Assembly: GCA_035702935.1 (NCBI GenBank)
Contig: DASSZB010000227.1
Location: 1 to 24,841, forward strand
Direction: 5' to 3'
Length of the DNA stretch: 24,841 bases
Source: Dehalococcoidia bacterium
GTDB taxonomy: Bacteria > Chloroflexota > Dehalococcoidia > SM23-28-2 > RBG-16-64-32
The notes under the pieces are model-generated. The model did not search any database, was not told the DNA's origin, and saw only the letters and a program-made list of their open reading frames with translations. Below, one piece after another: positions 15,567 to 23,816 of this stretch (positions within the stretch are counted from its first letter, which is position 1; every line of letters begins with the position of its first letter). Made by a program: the position numbers and the translations under genes.

Positions 15567-15989
15567 ATGGCCACAGTCCGCAAACAGGAACGCTCCGCCC
15601 TGGGCCTGGCGCACGCGGGCAGCCTGCCCGTCCTCCTGATCCTGGCCGCGCTCGTCGTCGGCTTCACTGCTCTTCTTCCGCTGGTGCAGTCCAGCGGGGC
15701 CACGAGCACGGCGGGCGACATCCAGCGCCTGGAGGGCGAACGGCAAGACTGGCAGGCCCGCTTGCACGAGTTGGAGGTTGACGTGGCCACGCTGGGCAGC
15801 CTGGCCCGGATCGAAAGCGAAGCCCGCCTGCGCCTGGGCATGACGCGGCCCACGGAGACACACTACCTCACCATTGACGCACCGCCACCGGCGGAGCGAA
15901 GGCTCCCCAGCCGCTATCTGCCGCAAGACAGCCGGCGGGAAGAATCCGGGGACTCGCTCTGGGACACCCTCACGGGGTGGCTACCCTAG
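15567..15989 (+). CDS. ftsL: Cell division protein FtsL-like
   Basis: Single TM helix followed by a coiled coil and RIE.EAR.RLGM motif; canonical position between rsmH and ftsI. Confidence 0.8.
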   Translation: MATVRKQERSALGLAHAGSLPVLLILAALVVGFTALLPLVQSSGATSTAGDIQRLEGERQDWQARLHELEVDVATLGSLARIESEARLRLGMTRPTETHYLTIDAPPPAERRLPSRYLPQDSRREESGDSLWDTLTGWLP

Positions 15990-15995
15990 GGAATC

Positions 15996-17738
15996 ATGGG
16001 CAGGAAGCCGGGGAGCGTGACGTGGCGGCTGTGGGCGGTTGTCGCTGCCATGGGCTTCGGCACCCTGGTGATCACGGGACGGCTGGCCCAGCTCCAGCTG
16101 TTCGACCACCAGCAGTACGCCCACGAGGCGCGCCTGACGCACATGAGCGAGCAGACGCTGCTGGACCGCCGCGGCGCCCTGTTGGACCGCAACGGCTACC
16201 CACTGGCCGCGAGCCAGGACACCTACGACGTCATGGTGGAAAGCCGCGCCTGGAGCAACGGGGCCGTCGCCGCCGAGGCAGCGGCCGCACTTAGCCCGGC
16301 CGCGGGTAAATCCGCGGAGGAGATGCTCGCCGCTGTCCAGGACAGCGACATCTTCGAAGTCAACGTCGCCACGGGACTGAACTACGAGCGCGCCGAGGCT
16401 GTCCGCGCCCTTCGATTATCAGGCGTGCGCCTCGTCACCAGCAGCCATCGCGTCTATCCGGAGGGCAACCTGGCGGCCCAATTGTTGGGGTTCGTCGGCC
16501 GGGACAACACCGGCTTGACGGGGCTGGAGGCAGACCTCAACGCCATCCTTGACGGGTCAGCCGGCACGATCCGTTTCGAACGCGACGGGCTAGGAAACCA
16601 GTTCCCCCTGGGGGAGCGCCTGGAGATCGCGCCGCAGCCGGGCGCCAACGTTGTCCTCACGATTGACCGCTACATTCAGCGGTTGGCCGAGCAGGAGCTG
16701 GACAGGACGATCAAAGACCACAAGGCCACCGGCGGCTCAATTATCGTCGTCGAGCCGGCCACCGGCGAGATACTGGCGATGGCCAGCCGCCCGACGTTTG
16801 ATGTCACGCGACTTGACCTGAGCGACGCGTCCAAGGCCGCGCTTTACCGCAACCGCGCGATCACGGACCAGTACGAGCCCGGCTCCGTCTTCAAGCTTGT
16901 GACCACGGCCGCCGGAATTGACAGCGGGACCGTGAGCCCGGATACCTGGTGGTACGACAACGGCTCACTGAGCGCCGACAGCTGGACGATCCGGAACTGG
17001 GACCTGAAGGCCTACGGGTCCCAGACCATTCAACAGATGCTCTCCAAGAGCCTGAACACGGGGGCTGCCTGGGTGGCCCAGCAGGTAGGGCCGGAACGGT
17101 TCTACGATTACGTGAGCCGCTTTGGATTCGGGAGCCCCACTGAAATCGGCCTGAGCGGGGAGTCCTCCGGACGCGTGCGGACCCCGGAGAGCGACCCGGC
17201 AAGCTGGCGTTCCGTGGACATGGCGACCAACAGTTTTGGCCAGGGCATCAGCGTCACGCCGCTCCAGATGTGCATGGCCGTGGCCGCGATCGCCAACAAC
17301 GGTATGCTCGTGAAGCCCCACATCATTAGAGCGATCGTCTCGCCGAACGCCACCACAAGTTTCGATCCCGAACCCGTGCGGCAGGCCATATCCCCCCAGT
17401 CTTCGCAGACCCTGCGGGAGATGATGGGCGTTGTAGTTGATGGAATAAGCGCGAGCTACCTGGATGTCCAGGGATATCGCGTGGGAGGAAAGACGGGCAC
17501 CGCCAGTGTGGCTACCGACAGCGGCGGCTACAAGCCGGACGCCTACATCTCCTCCTTCGTGGGTATCGCTCCGGTGGAAAACCCCAGGCTGGCGGTGCTG
17601 GTCAAAATTGACGAACCCAAAGAGGTGCCCTGGGGGACAGTCGTCGCGGCGCCTGCCTTCGGACGCCTCGTCCAGGATGCGCTTGCTTATTTGAAGGTAC
17701 CACCGACAGAGTCGGCACTCGTGTCTACGATTCAATAA
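15996..17738 (+). CDS. ftsI: Class B penicillin-binding protein (FtsI/PBP2B-type transpeptidase)
   Basis: N-terminal TM, RGALLDRNG, RVYP.G, GLTGLE; active-site SVFK, SLN and KTG motifs intact; no PASTA domain. Confidence 0.95.
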   Translation: MGRKPGSVTWRLWAVVAAMGFGTLVITGRLAQLQLFDHQQYAHEARLTHMSEQTLLDRRGALLDRNGYPLAASQDTYDVMVESRAWSNGAVAAEAAAALSPAAGKSAEEMLAAVQDSDIFEVNVATGLNYERAEAVRALRLSGVRLVTSSHRVYPEGNLAAQLLGFVGRDNTGLTGLEADLNAILDGSAGTIRFERDGLGNQFPLGERLEIAPQPGANVVLTIDRYIQRLAEQELDRTIKDHKATGGSIIVVEPATGEILAMASRPTFDVTRLDLSDASKAALYRNRAITDQYEPGSVFKLVTTAAGIDSGTVSPDTWWYDNGSLSADSWTIRNWDLKAYGSQTIQQMLSKSLNTGAAWVAQQVGPERFYDYVSRFGFGSPTEIGLSGESSGRVRTPESDPASWRSVDMATNSFGQGISVTPLQMCMAVAAIANNGMLVKPHIIRAIVSPNATTSFDPEPVRQAISPQSSQTLREMMGVVVDGISASYLDVQGYRVGGKTGTASVATDSGGYKPDAYISSFVGIAPVENPRLAVLVKIDEPKEVPWGTVVAAPAFGRLVQDALAYLKVPPTESALVSTIQ

Positions 17739-17748
17739 TCGGTTTAGC

Positions 17749-19119
17749 ATGGGGAGGATGCTAACAGTGGCTGACGTTCGGGAGGCGCTCGGCAACCAGC
17801 TCGTTGCGAGCCGCCCCGGCACGCCCGCGTCTTTCGAGCGCGGCGCCATCGACTCCCGCGCGGCCGGGCCGGGCGACCTCTTCTTCGCCCTGCGCGGCGA
17901 GCGGGTAGACGGCCACGATTACATCCCACAGGCGCTCAAGGCCGGGGTTGCCGGCGTCGTCACTGAAAGGCCCGTGGAGACTGACGGCGCGCCCGCGTTC
18001 CAGGTGAGCGATAGCCTTCGCGCACTACAGAGGCTGGCCGGCTCGTGGCGCCAGCGGCACGAGGTGCGCGTCATCGGCGTCACCGGCAGCGTCGGCAAGA
18101 CCACGGCAAAGGAGCTGATTGCCCACGTCCTCTCCTCCCGCTACCGAGTGCTGAAGAGCGAAGCAAACCTCAATACCGAGATCGGCATCCCGCTCACTCT
18201 CCTCCAGCTCCGCGAGGAACACGAGCGCGCGGTGCTGGAGATGGCCATGTATTCCCGTGGCGAGATCGCCCTGCTGGCCGAGATCTCGCGGCCGGCTGTG
18301 GGTGTCGTCACCAACGTGGGGCCGGTCCACCTGGAACGGCTGGGATACATGGGCGCGATCACGGCGGCCAAGGCCGAGCTGGTAGAAGCCCTGCCGGCGG
18401 ACGGGCTGGCAGCCCTCAACGGGGACGACGCCCGCGCGGCCGGATTCGGCCTGCGCACCCGCGCCCGCGCTGTGCTCTTCGGCACCTCCGAGCAGTGCGA
18501 CTTCCGAGCCGTGGACATTCGGAGCCACGGTCTCGCCGGGGTTGAATTCCAGATGATAACGCCGTCCGGAGACGCTGCGGTGCGCTGCCCTCTCCCCGGC
18601 CGTCACCACGTCTACCCGGCGCTGGCAGCCGCCGCCGTGGCCCTGAACGAGGGCATGGCCCTCGGCGAGGTCACCGCGGCGCTGGCGGACGCGCGGCCGG
18701 ACCTGCGCCTGACGCCCAGGCCCGGGCCGAACGGCTCCCTGATCATTGATGACTCCTACAACGCCAGTCCCGCCTCCATGATCGCCTCCCTTGACCTCCT
18801 GTCTGAGTGCCCGGGCCGCCGCATCGCCGTCCTGGGCGATATGCGGGAGCTGGGCGCGGCGTCGGAGGATGGACACAGGGCCGTCGGCCGTCACGCCGCG
18901 GGGCGATGTGACCTGCTGGTCGTCGTCGGCGAGGACGCCCGGCTTATCGAAGGAGAGGCCCGTGCCGCGGGCCACCGGTCGGTCAGTTTCATCGCTTCCA
19001 GCGACGAGGCGGCGGATCTTCTCCGGCGCGAGCTACGTTCCGGAGACCACGTCTTGATCAAGGCTTCTCGGGCCGTCGGCCTCGAGTCCGTGGTGGATGC
19101 ACTGGTGGTGGCGAGATGA
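17749..19119 (+). CDS. murF: UDP-MurNAc-tripeptide:D-Ala-D-Ala ligase MurF
   Basis: IDSR...GDLFFAL.GE..DGH, GVTGSVGKTT.KE, N.N.EIG.PLTL, DDSYNASP.SM, LGDM.ELG, LIKASR. Confidence 0.96.
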   Translation: MGRMLTVADVREALGNQLVASRPGTPASFERGAIDSRAAGPGDLFFALRGERVDGHDYIPQALKAGVAGVVTERPVETDGAPAFQVSDSLRALQRLAGSWRQRHEVRVIGVTGSVGKTTAKELIAHVLSSRYRVLKSEANLNTEIGIPLTLLQLREEHERAVLEMAMYSRGEIALLAEISRPAVGVVTNVGPVHLERLGYMGAITAAKAELVEALPADGLAALNGDDARAAGFGLRTRARAVLFGTSEQCDFRAVDIRSHGLAGVEFQMITPSGDAAVRCPLPGRHHVYPALAAAAVALNEGMALGEVTAALADARPDLRLTPRPGPNGSLIIDDSYNASPASMIASLDLLSECPGRRIAVLGDMRELGAASEDGHRAVGRHAAGRCDLLVVVGEDARLIEGEARAAGHRSVSFIASSDEAADLLRRELRSGDHVLIKASRAVGLESVVDALVVAR

Positions 19120-20081
19120 GTGACGCGCTAATGATGGGTGTCCTGGGCCTGATAGCGACGGTCGTCGCGGGCTACCCCGGCGTCGCCCTGCTGCGCCGCC
19201 TGAAGCTGGGCAAGGAGATCAGCGAATGGGGTCCGGAGACGCACCAGGTGAAGGCGGGCACACCGACGATGGGTGGCCTGCTCTTCCTGGGTGTCATCGC
19301 GGCCGTCACAATCGCCTTTAACCTGTTCGGCCGTTACTCCATCGCCGCGCCCCTCCTGGTCATGGGCGCCCTGGCGGTGGTTGGGTTCGTCGACGACCTC
19401 GGTTCCCTGCAGGGCCGAGAACAGCACGCGCTGAACAAGCGCATCAAGCTTCTCGCTTTCCTGGCAATCGGCGCTGCCTCGGCCTACGGGCTGTCCGAGT
19501 TGCTGGAGGTGAGCCACAGCGTCAGCGTGCCGTGGGACGAGCGCCGGGACCTGGGCGACGTCTACCTCGCGATCGTGCTCGTCACTGTGGTCCTCACGGC
19601 GGGCGGCGTCGCCGTCACGGACGGGCTCGACGGACTCGTGGCCGGCACAGGCGCGCTGGCCTACGGCGCGTATGGCGTCATTGCCCTGCTGCAGGGCCAG
19701 GATTACCTGGGCGGCTTCTGCTTCACCGTGGCCGGGGCCCTGATCGGCTTTCTCTGGCACAACTCATATCCCGCCCGCGTCATCATGGGCGATACCGGCG
19801 CGCTCGCCCTGGGCGGCGGCCTGGCAATCGTGGCCTTCATGACCGGCCACTGGTTCATCCTGCCGGTCATCGGCGCGGTGTTCGTCGCTGATGGCGCGTC
19901 GTCTTATCTTCAGATCGGTTACTACAAGCTGACGGGCGGCAAACGCATCTTCCGGATGGCGCCGCTCCACCACCACTTCGAAAAGGGGGGCTGGAGCGAG
20001 GTGCAGGTGGCCCAGCGCTTCTGGGCCGCCGGGTCCGTCGGGGCCGCCATCGGCATCGTCCTCGTCACGGAGGCGTGGTGA
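19116..20081 (+). CDS. mraY: Phospho-N-acetylmuramoyl-pentapeptide transferase MraY
   Basis: K.GTPTMGG, GFVDD, TDGLDGL, N.YPARV.MGDTG.LALG, IFRMAPLHHHFE; multi-TM; ATGA overlap with murF. Confidence 0.97.
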   Translation: MSDALMMGVLGLIATVVAGYPGVALLRRLKLGKEISEWGPETHQVKAGTPTMGGLLFLGVIAAVTIAFNLFGRYSIAAPLLVMGALAVVGFVDDLGSLQGREQHALNKRIKLLAFLAIGAASAYGLSELLEVSHSVSVPWDERRDLGDVYLAIVLVTVVLTAGGVAVTDGLDGLVAGTGALAYGAYGVIALLQGQDYLGGFCFTVAGALIGFLWHNSYPARVIMGDTGALALGGGLAIVAFMTGHWFILPVIGAVFVADGASSYLQIGYYKLTGGKRIFRMAPLHHHFEKGGWSEVQVAQRFWAAGSVGAAIGIVLVTEAW

Positions 20082-21487
20082 TGATCGACCTTCGTGACCT
20101 GGCAGCCCTGGATTTTGCCGGAAAGCGCGTAACCGTCGTCGGCCTGGGCATCGAGGGCGTCGACCTGGCCCGCTACCTGGCGCGGCAGGGCGCGCTTGTG
20201 ACGATTTCGGATTCGCGTCCCGCGGACAAGCTGGCCGACCGCATGCAGGATGTGGCCGGGCTCCCCGTGCAGTTGGCCCTGGGGTCAAGCCAGACCGATG
20301 AAGTAACGTCGGCGGACGCAGTTTTCGTGTCCCAGGGCGTTCCGCTGGACCTCCCCGGTCTGAAGGCCGCGAGGGAGGCCGGCGTCCCGCTTATCTCCAT
20401 GACAGGCCTCTTCCTGGACGTCTGTCCCGGGCCCGTCGTGGGCATCACGGGCTCTAGCGGCAAGACCACGACGACCGCCCTGGTGGCGGAGATGTTCCGG
20501 GCTGACGAGCGCCCCGTCTTCGTGGGTGGCAACATCGGGATCGGATTGCTGGACCAGCTGTCCGCCATCCGGCCATATACGTGGTCTGTCCTGGAGGTTA
20601 GTCACACCCAGCTACAGCTGGTGGAAAGCAGCCCGCACGTCGCAGCGCTGCTGAACATCACGCCGAACCACCTGGACCGTTTCTCGTGGGAAGACTACGT
20701 GCGTCTGAAGAAGAACATCCTCCGGTTCCAGACCGGGGGGGACGTGGCCGTCCTCAACCTGGACGACGCGGAGTCACGGGCGGCGCAGCCACTGGTCCGC
20801 GGCCGTCTCCTCTGGTTCACGATGAGCAAGGGCACGCCGGGGGACGGGGTTTCCGTCCGCGAGGGCTGGGCGGTGTTGCGGTGGGGCCGGCTGGAGGAGC
20901 GGCTCTTCCCGCTGGCCGACGTACGGCTGCGCGGCGCCCACAACCTGGCCAATGCAGTTGCCGCGGCTGCCATCTCGGCTGCTGCCGGTGTTTCGCCCGA
21001 CGCCATCGCCTGCGCCATCGACGCCTTCCGGGGCGTGCCGCACCGGTTGGAGCTGATCGGCGAGGCGAAAGGCATCGCATACTACAACGACAGCATTGCC
21101 ACCACGCCGGAACGCACGGTGGCCGGCCTGCGCTCGTTCGACGAGCCGGTGGTCCTCCTCCTGGGCGGCCGTGACAAGCACCTGCCGCTGGAGGAACTGG
21201 CGGCGGAGGCAGCCGAGCGCTGCCGCGCGGTGGTCCTGTTCGGCGAATCGGCACCCAAGCTGCAGGAAGCCTTGCGCGAGGCCGGGTCAAAGACGCGGGT
21301 CATCCGCGTGGAGACGTTGCCACAGGCCGTGGAAGCCGCGAGCGCCGCGGCACAGCCCGGGGACGTGGTCCTCCTTTCGCCGGCCTGCACGAGCTACGAC
21401 GCATACGAGAACTTCGAACGACGGGGCGAGCATTTTCGCGATCTCGTCACTCCGCTGATCAAGGAGGTGCTGTCATCGCTCCCATAG
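20081..21487 (+). CDS. murD: UDP-MurNAc-L-Ala:D-Glu ligase MurD
   Basis: VVGLG..G, GITGSSGKTTTT, GGNIG, GAHN..N, HRLE, NDS, GG.DK, LLSPAC.SYD...NFE.RG..F. Start is ATG 20081 (GGAGG 7 nt upstream) or GTG 20078/20075. Confidence 0.96.
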   Translation: MIDLRDLAALDFAGKRVTVVGLGIEGVDLARYLARQGALVTISDSRPADKLADRMQDVAGLPVQLALGSSQTDEVTSADAVFVSQGVPLDLPGLKAAREAGVPLISMTGLFLDVCPGPVVGITGSSGKTTTTALVAEMFRADERPVFVGGNIGIGLLDQLSAIRPYTWSVLEVSHTQLQLVESSPHVAALLNITPNHLDRFSWEDYVRLKKNILRFQTGGDVAVLNLDDAESRAAQPLVRGRLLWFTMSKGTPGDGVSVREGWAVLRWGRLEERLFPLADVRLRGAHNLANAVAAAAISAAAGVSPDAIACAIDAFRGVPHRLELIGEAKGIAYYNDSIATTPERTVAGLRSFDEPVVLLLGGRDKHLPLEELAAEAAERCRAVVLFGESAPKLQEALREAGSKTRVIRVETLPQAVEAASAAAQPGDVVLLSPACTSYDAYENFERRGEHFRDLVTPLIKEVLSSLP

Positions 21488-22710
21488 CGCCCGAAACCCG
21501 CCGGGCCGGGAACCTCCGGCCAGGCCAGCCTGATTACCTGCTGCTGGTGGCGGCCGCCATGCTGGTGATGGCCGGCCTGCTGGCTGTCTACAGTTCCAGT
21601 TTCTCCATCGGCTATCACCTCTATGACAATGCTAACTTCTTCATCGGCCGCCAGGCCGTTTTCGCCCTCGTCGGCGTTGGCGCCATGGTGTTTTTCATGC
21701 GCATGGACTACAACCGGCTGCGCACGCTCAGCGTGTTTATGCTGGGCGCCGCGCTTGTTGGGCTCATCCTGGTGCTCGTGCCCGGCATCGGAGGCGAGCG
21801 CAACGGCGCCAGCCGCTGGCTGGAGCTGGGCCCCGTTTCCGTCCAGCCGAGCGAGTGGGCAAAACTGGCCATCGTCATATACGTCTCCGCCTGGTTGGCC
21901 AGCCGCGGCGACGACATCAACCGTTTCTCGCTGGGTTTCGTGCCCTTCGTGCTCCTCATGAGCATCGTGGGCGGGCTCATCGTCGCGGAGCCGGACATGG
22001 GCACCACGATCGTGGTCGTCCTCACGGCCAGCACGTTGTTCTTCGTGGCCGGCGCTCCGCTGAGTCACCTTGGCCTGCTGCTCGCGGCAGGCGGCGCCGT
22101 CAGCTACCTGGTGATCCAGGAGCGCGAATACCAGATGGACCGGCTGATGAGCTTCATGGACCCCGGCTCCGACCCGCAGGGCAACGGGTTCCAGATACTT
22201 CAGCTCCTTATAGCCCTAGGCAGCGGCGGGGCATTCGGCCTGGGTATCGGCGAAAGCCGACAGGCCGCCTTCTACGTCCCGGGATCGCACACCGACGGAG
22301 TCCTGGCGATCGTCGGCGAAGAGCTGGGCTTCATCGGGCTCATCGGCGTTCTCGGTCTCTTTGTCTTCTTCATCTACAGGGCGGTGAAGGTTACGGTGGC
22401 GGCGCCGGACCGCTTCGGCACCCTGGTCGGCGTGGGCATCATCAGCTGGATCGGATTTCAGACGTTGATCAACCTGGGCGGAATCACGCGCACGATACCG
22501 CTCACCGGCGTGCCGGTGCCATTCTTAAGCTACGGCGGCTCATCGCTGATCGCGGTGATGGCCGCCGTGGGCGTGCTGCTCAGCATCTCCCGCTACAGCG
22601 CGGACCAGGCGCAGCCTTACCGGCCGCGGCCCCAGGCACGCGCTGCGGGTCCCGGCCGCCGGCGTCCAACGGGCGAGCGGCGGCCGGCATACGGGAGCGA
22701 ATCGGCGTGA
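21475..22710 (+). CDS. ftsW: SEDS peptidoglycan polymerase FtsW (proposed ATC start at 21475; first canonical start is GTG 21547)
   Basis: PDY-LL before TM1, GL..VYS, NGASRWL.LG..SVQPSE.AK, EPDMGT, GSGG.FG.G.G.SRQ, P.SHTD, LINLG, TGVP.PFLSYGGSSL. The start position is an inference. Confidence 0.93.
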   Translation: MAPIAPETRRAGNLRPGQPDYLLLVAAAMLVMAGLLAVYSSSFSIGYHLYDNANFFIGRQAVFALVGVGAMVFFMRMDYNRLRTLSVFMLGAALVGLILVLVPGIGGERNGASRWLELGPVSVQPSEWAKLAIVIYVSAWLASRGDDINRFSLGFVPFVLLMSIVGGLIVAEPDMGTTIVVVLTASTLFFVAGAPLSHLGLLLAAGGAVSYLVIQEREYQMDRLMSFMDPGSDPQGNGFQILQLLIALGSGGAFGLGIGESRQAAFYVPGSHTDGVLAIVGEELGFIGLIGVLGLFVFFIYRAVKVTVAAPDRFGTLVGVGIISWIGFQTLINLGGITRTIPLTGVPVPFLSYGGSSLIAVMAAVGVLLSISRYSADQAQPYRPRPQARAAGPGRRRPTGERRPAYGSESA

Positions 22711-23816
22711 GGCTGGCCCTCAGCGGCGGCGGCACCGGGGGCCACGTTTACCCCGCCCTCAGTATCGCCGAGGCCGTGGAGCGAGAGCTCCCGTCCGGCG
22801 AGACGCTGGACGTCCTCTACATCGGCTCCAGCGGCGGTGCGGAGAGCGACCTCGTGCGGCACGCCGGCCTGGCACTCCGATCCATTACCGCCGCGCCCAT
22901 CCGAGGCCGCATGCCGTGGGAGATGGCCGCGAACGCGGGTAAGATCGCCATCGGCGCGCGGCAGGCGCGAGGCCTCCTCTCGGAGTTTAGGCCCCAGGTC
23001 GTGCTCTCGACGGGTGGATACGCCGGATTCCCGGTGGCCCTGGCGGCGCGTTCACGCGGCGTCCCGATCGCCGTTTACCTGCCGGACCTTTATCCCGGCT
23101 GGGCAGTGCGGGCCATCGCCCGACTGGCGCAGAAGGTGACCGTGACGGCCATCGAAAGCCTCCGACGCCTGCCCGCCGCCAAGACTCTCGTGACGGGGTA
23201 CCCTGTCCGCGACGAGTTCTGGCACGTCAACCGCACCGGCGGCCGCGAGAGGTTGGGCCTGGATCCAGAAGAAAAGGTGCTCTTCGTCACCGGCGCGTCG
23301 TCGGGCGCGCACAGCATCAACAAGGCTGTCGCCGGAGACCTGCCCGGCCTTCTTGAGTTATGTGAAGTTATCCACCTCTGCGGGCACGCGGACGAATCCT
23401 GGCTCACGCAGATCCGCGACCGCCTCCCCAAGGGGCTCAAGTCCCGCTATCACCTCTACGGCTACATGTACGACGAAACGCCGTGGGCCATGGCCGCGGC
23501 GGACCTGGCTCTGTGCCGGTCCGGCGCCTCGACGATGGGCGAACTCCCGGCCGTGGCGCTCCCCGCGGTCCTCGTCCCGTACCCCTACGCGGGCGGCCAC
23601 CAGAAGCTGAACGCCCGCTATCTCGAAAAGAACGGCGCGGCGACCATCCTTGATGACGCGGACCTTGATCAGATGCTCCCCGTCGTCGGCGGGCTGCTGC
23701 ACGACGAGGCGCGCCTACGGGCCATGCGCGAAGCAGCCCACCGGCTCGCCCGTCCCGACGCCGCGCGCCGAATCGCTCGCATCCTCTTCGACCTGGCGGA
23801 TGGTGCGTCGCGGTGA
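22707..23816 (+). CDS. murG: Lipid II GlcNAc transferase MurG
   Basis: GGGTGGHVYPAL, TGGY..FP, TGYPVR, CRSGAST..E, PYPYA.GHQ..NA. The true start is GTG 22707 (GTGA overlap with ftsW); the ORF-track extension to 21855 is an artefact. Confidence 0.96.
   Translation: MRLALSGGGTGGHVYPALSIAEAVERELPSGETLDVLYIGSSGGAESDLVRHAGLALRSITAAPIRGRMPWEMAANAGKIAIGARQARGLLSEFRPQVVLSTGGYAGFPVALAARSRGVPIAVYLPDLYPGWAVRAIARLAQKVTVTAIESLRRLPAAKTLVTGYPVRDEFWHVNRTGGRERLGLDPEEKVLFVTGASSGAHSINKAVAGDLPGLLELCEVIHLCGHADESWLTQIRDRLPKGLKSRYHLYGYMYDETPWAMAAADLALCRSGASTMGELPAVALPAVLVPYPYAGGHQKLNARYLEKNGAATILDDADLDQMLPVVGGLLHDEARLRAMREAAHRLARPDAARRIARILFDLADGASR

Noticed and set aside
20581-21120. Deviant MurD motifs (EVSHTQL, NDSIATT)
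   Set aside because: Similar variants occur in Gram-positive-type MurD as I recall, and the GG.DK and SP/S.D..F glutamate-binding region is retained. This is not evidence of altered function.
21855-22706. ORF-track 653-aa 'MurG' with a long N-terminal extension
   Set aside because: The extension overlaps ftsW out of frame and reads as Arg/Pro/Gly shadow sequence. MurG homology starts at GTG 22707, which overlaps the ftsW stop.
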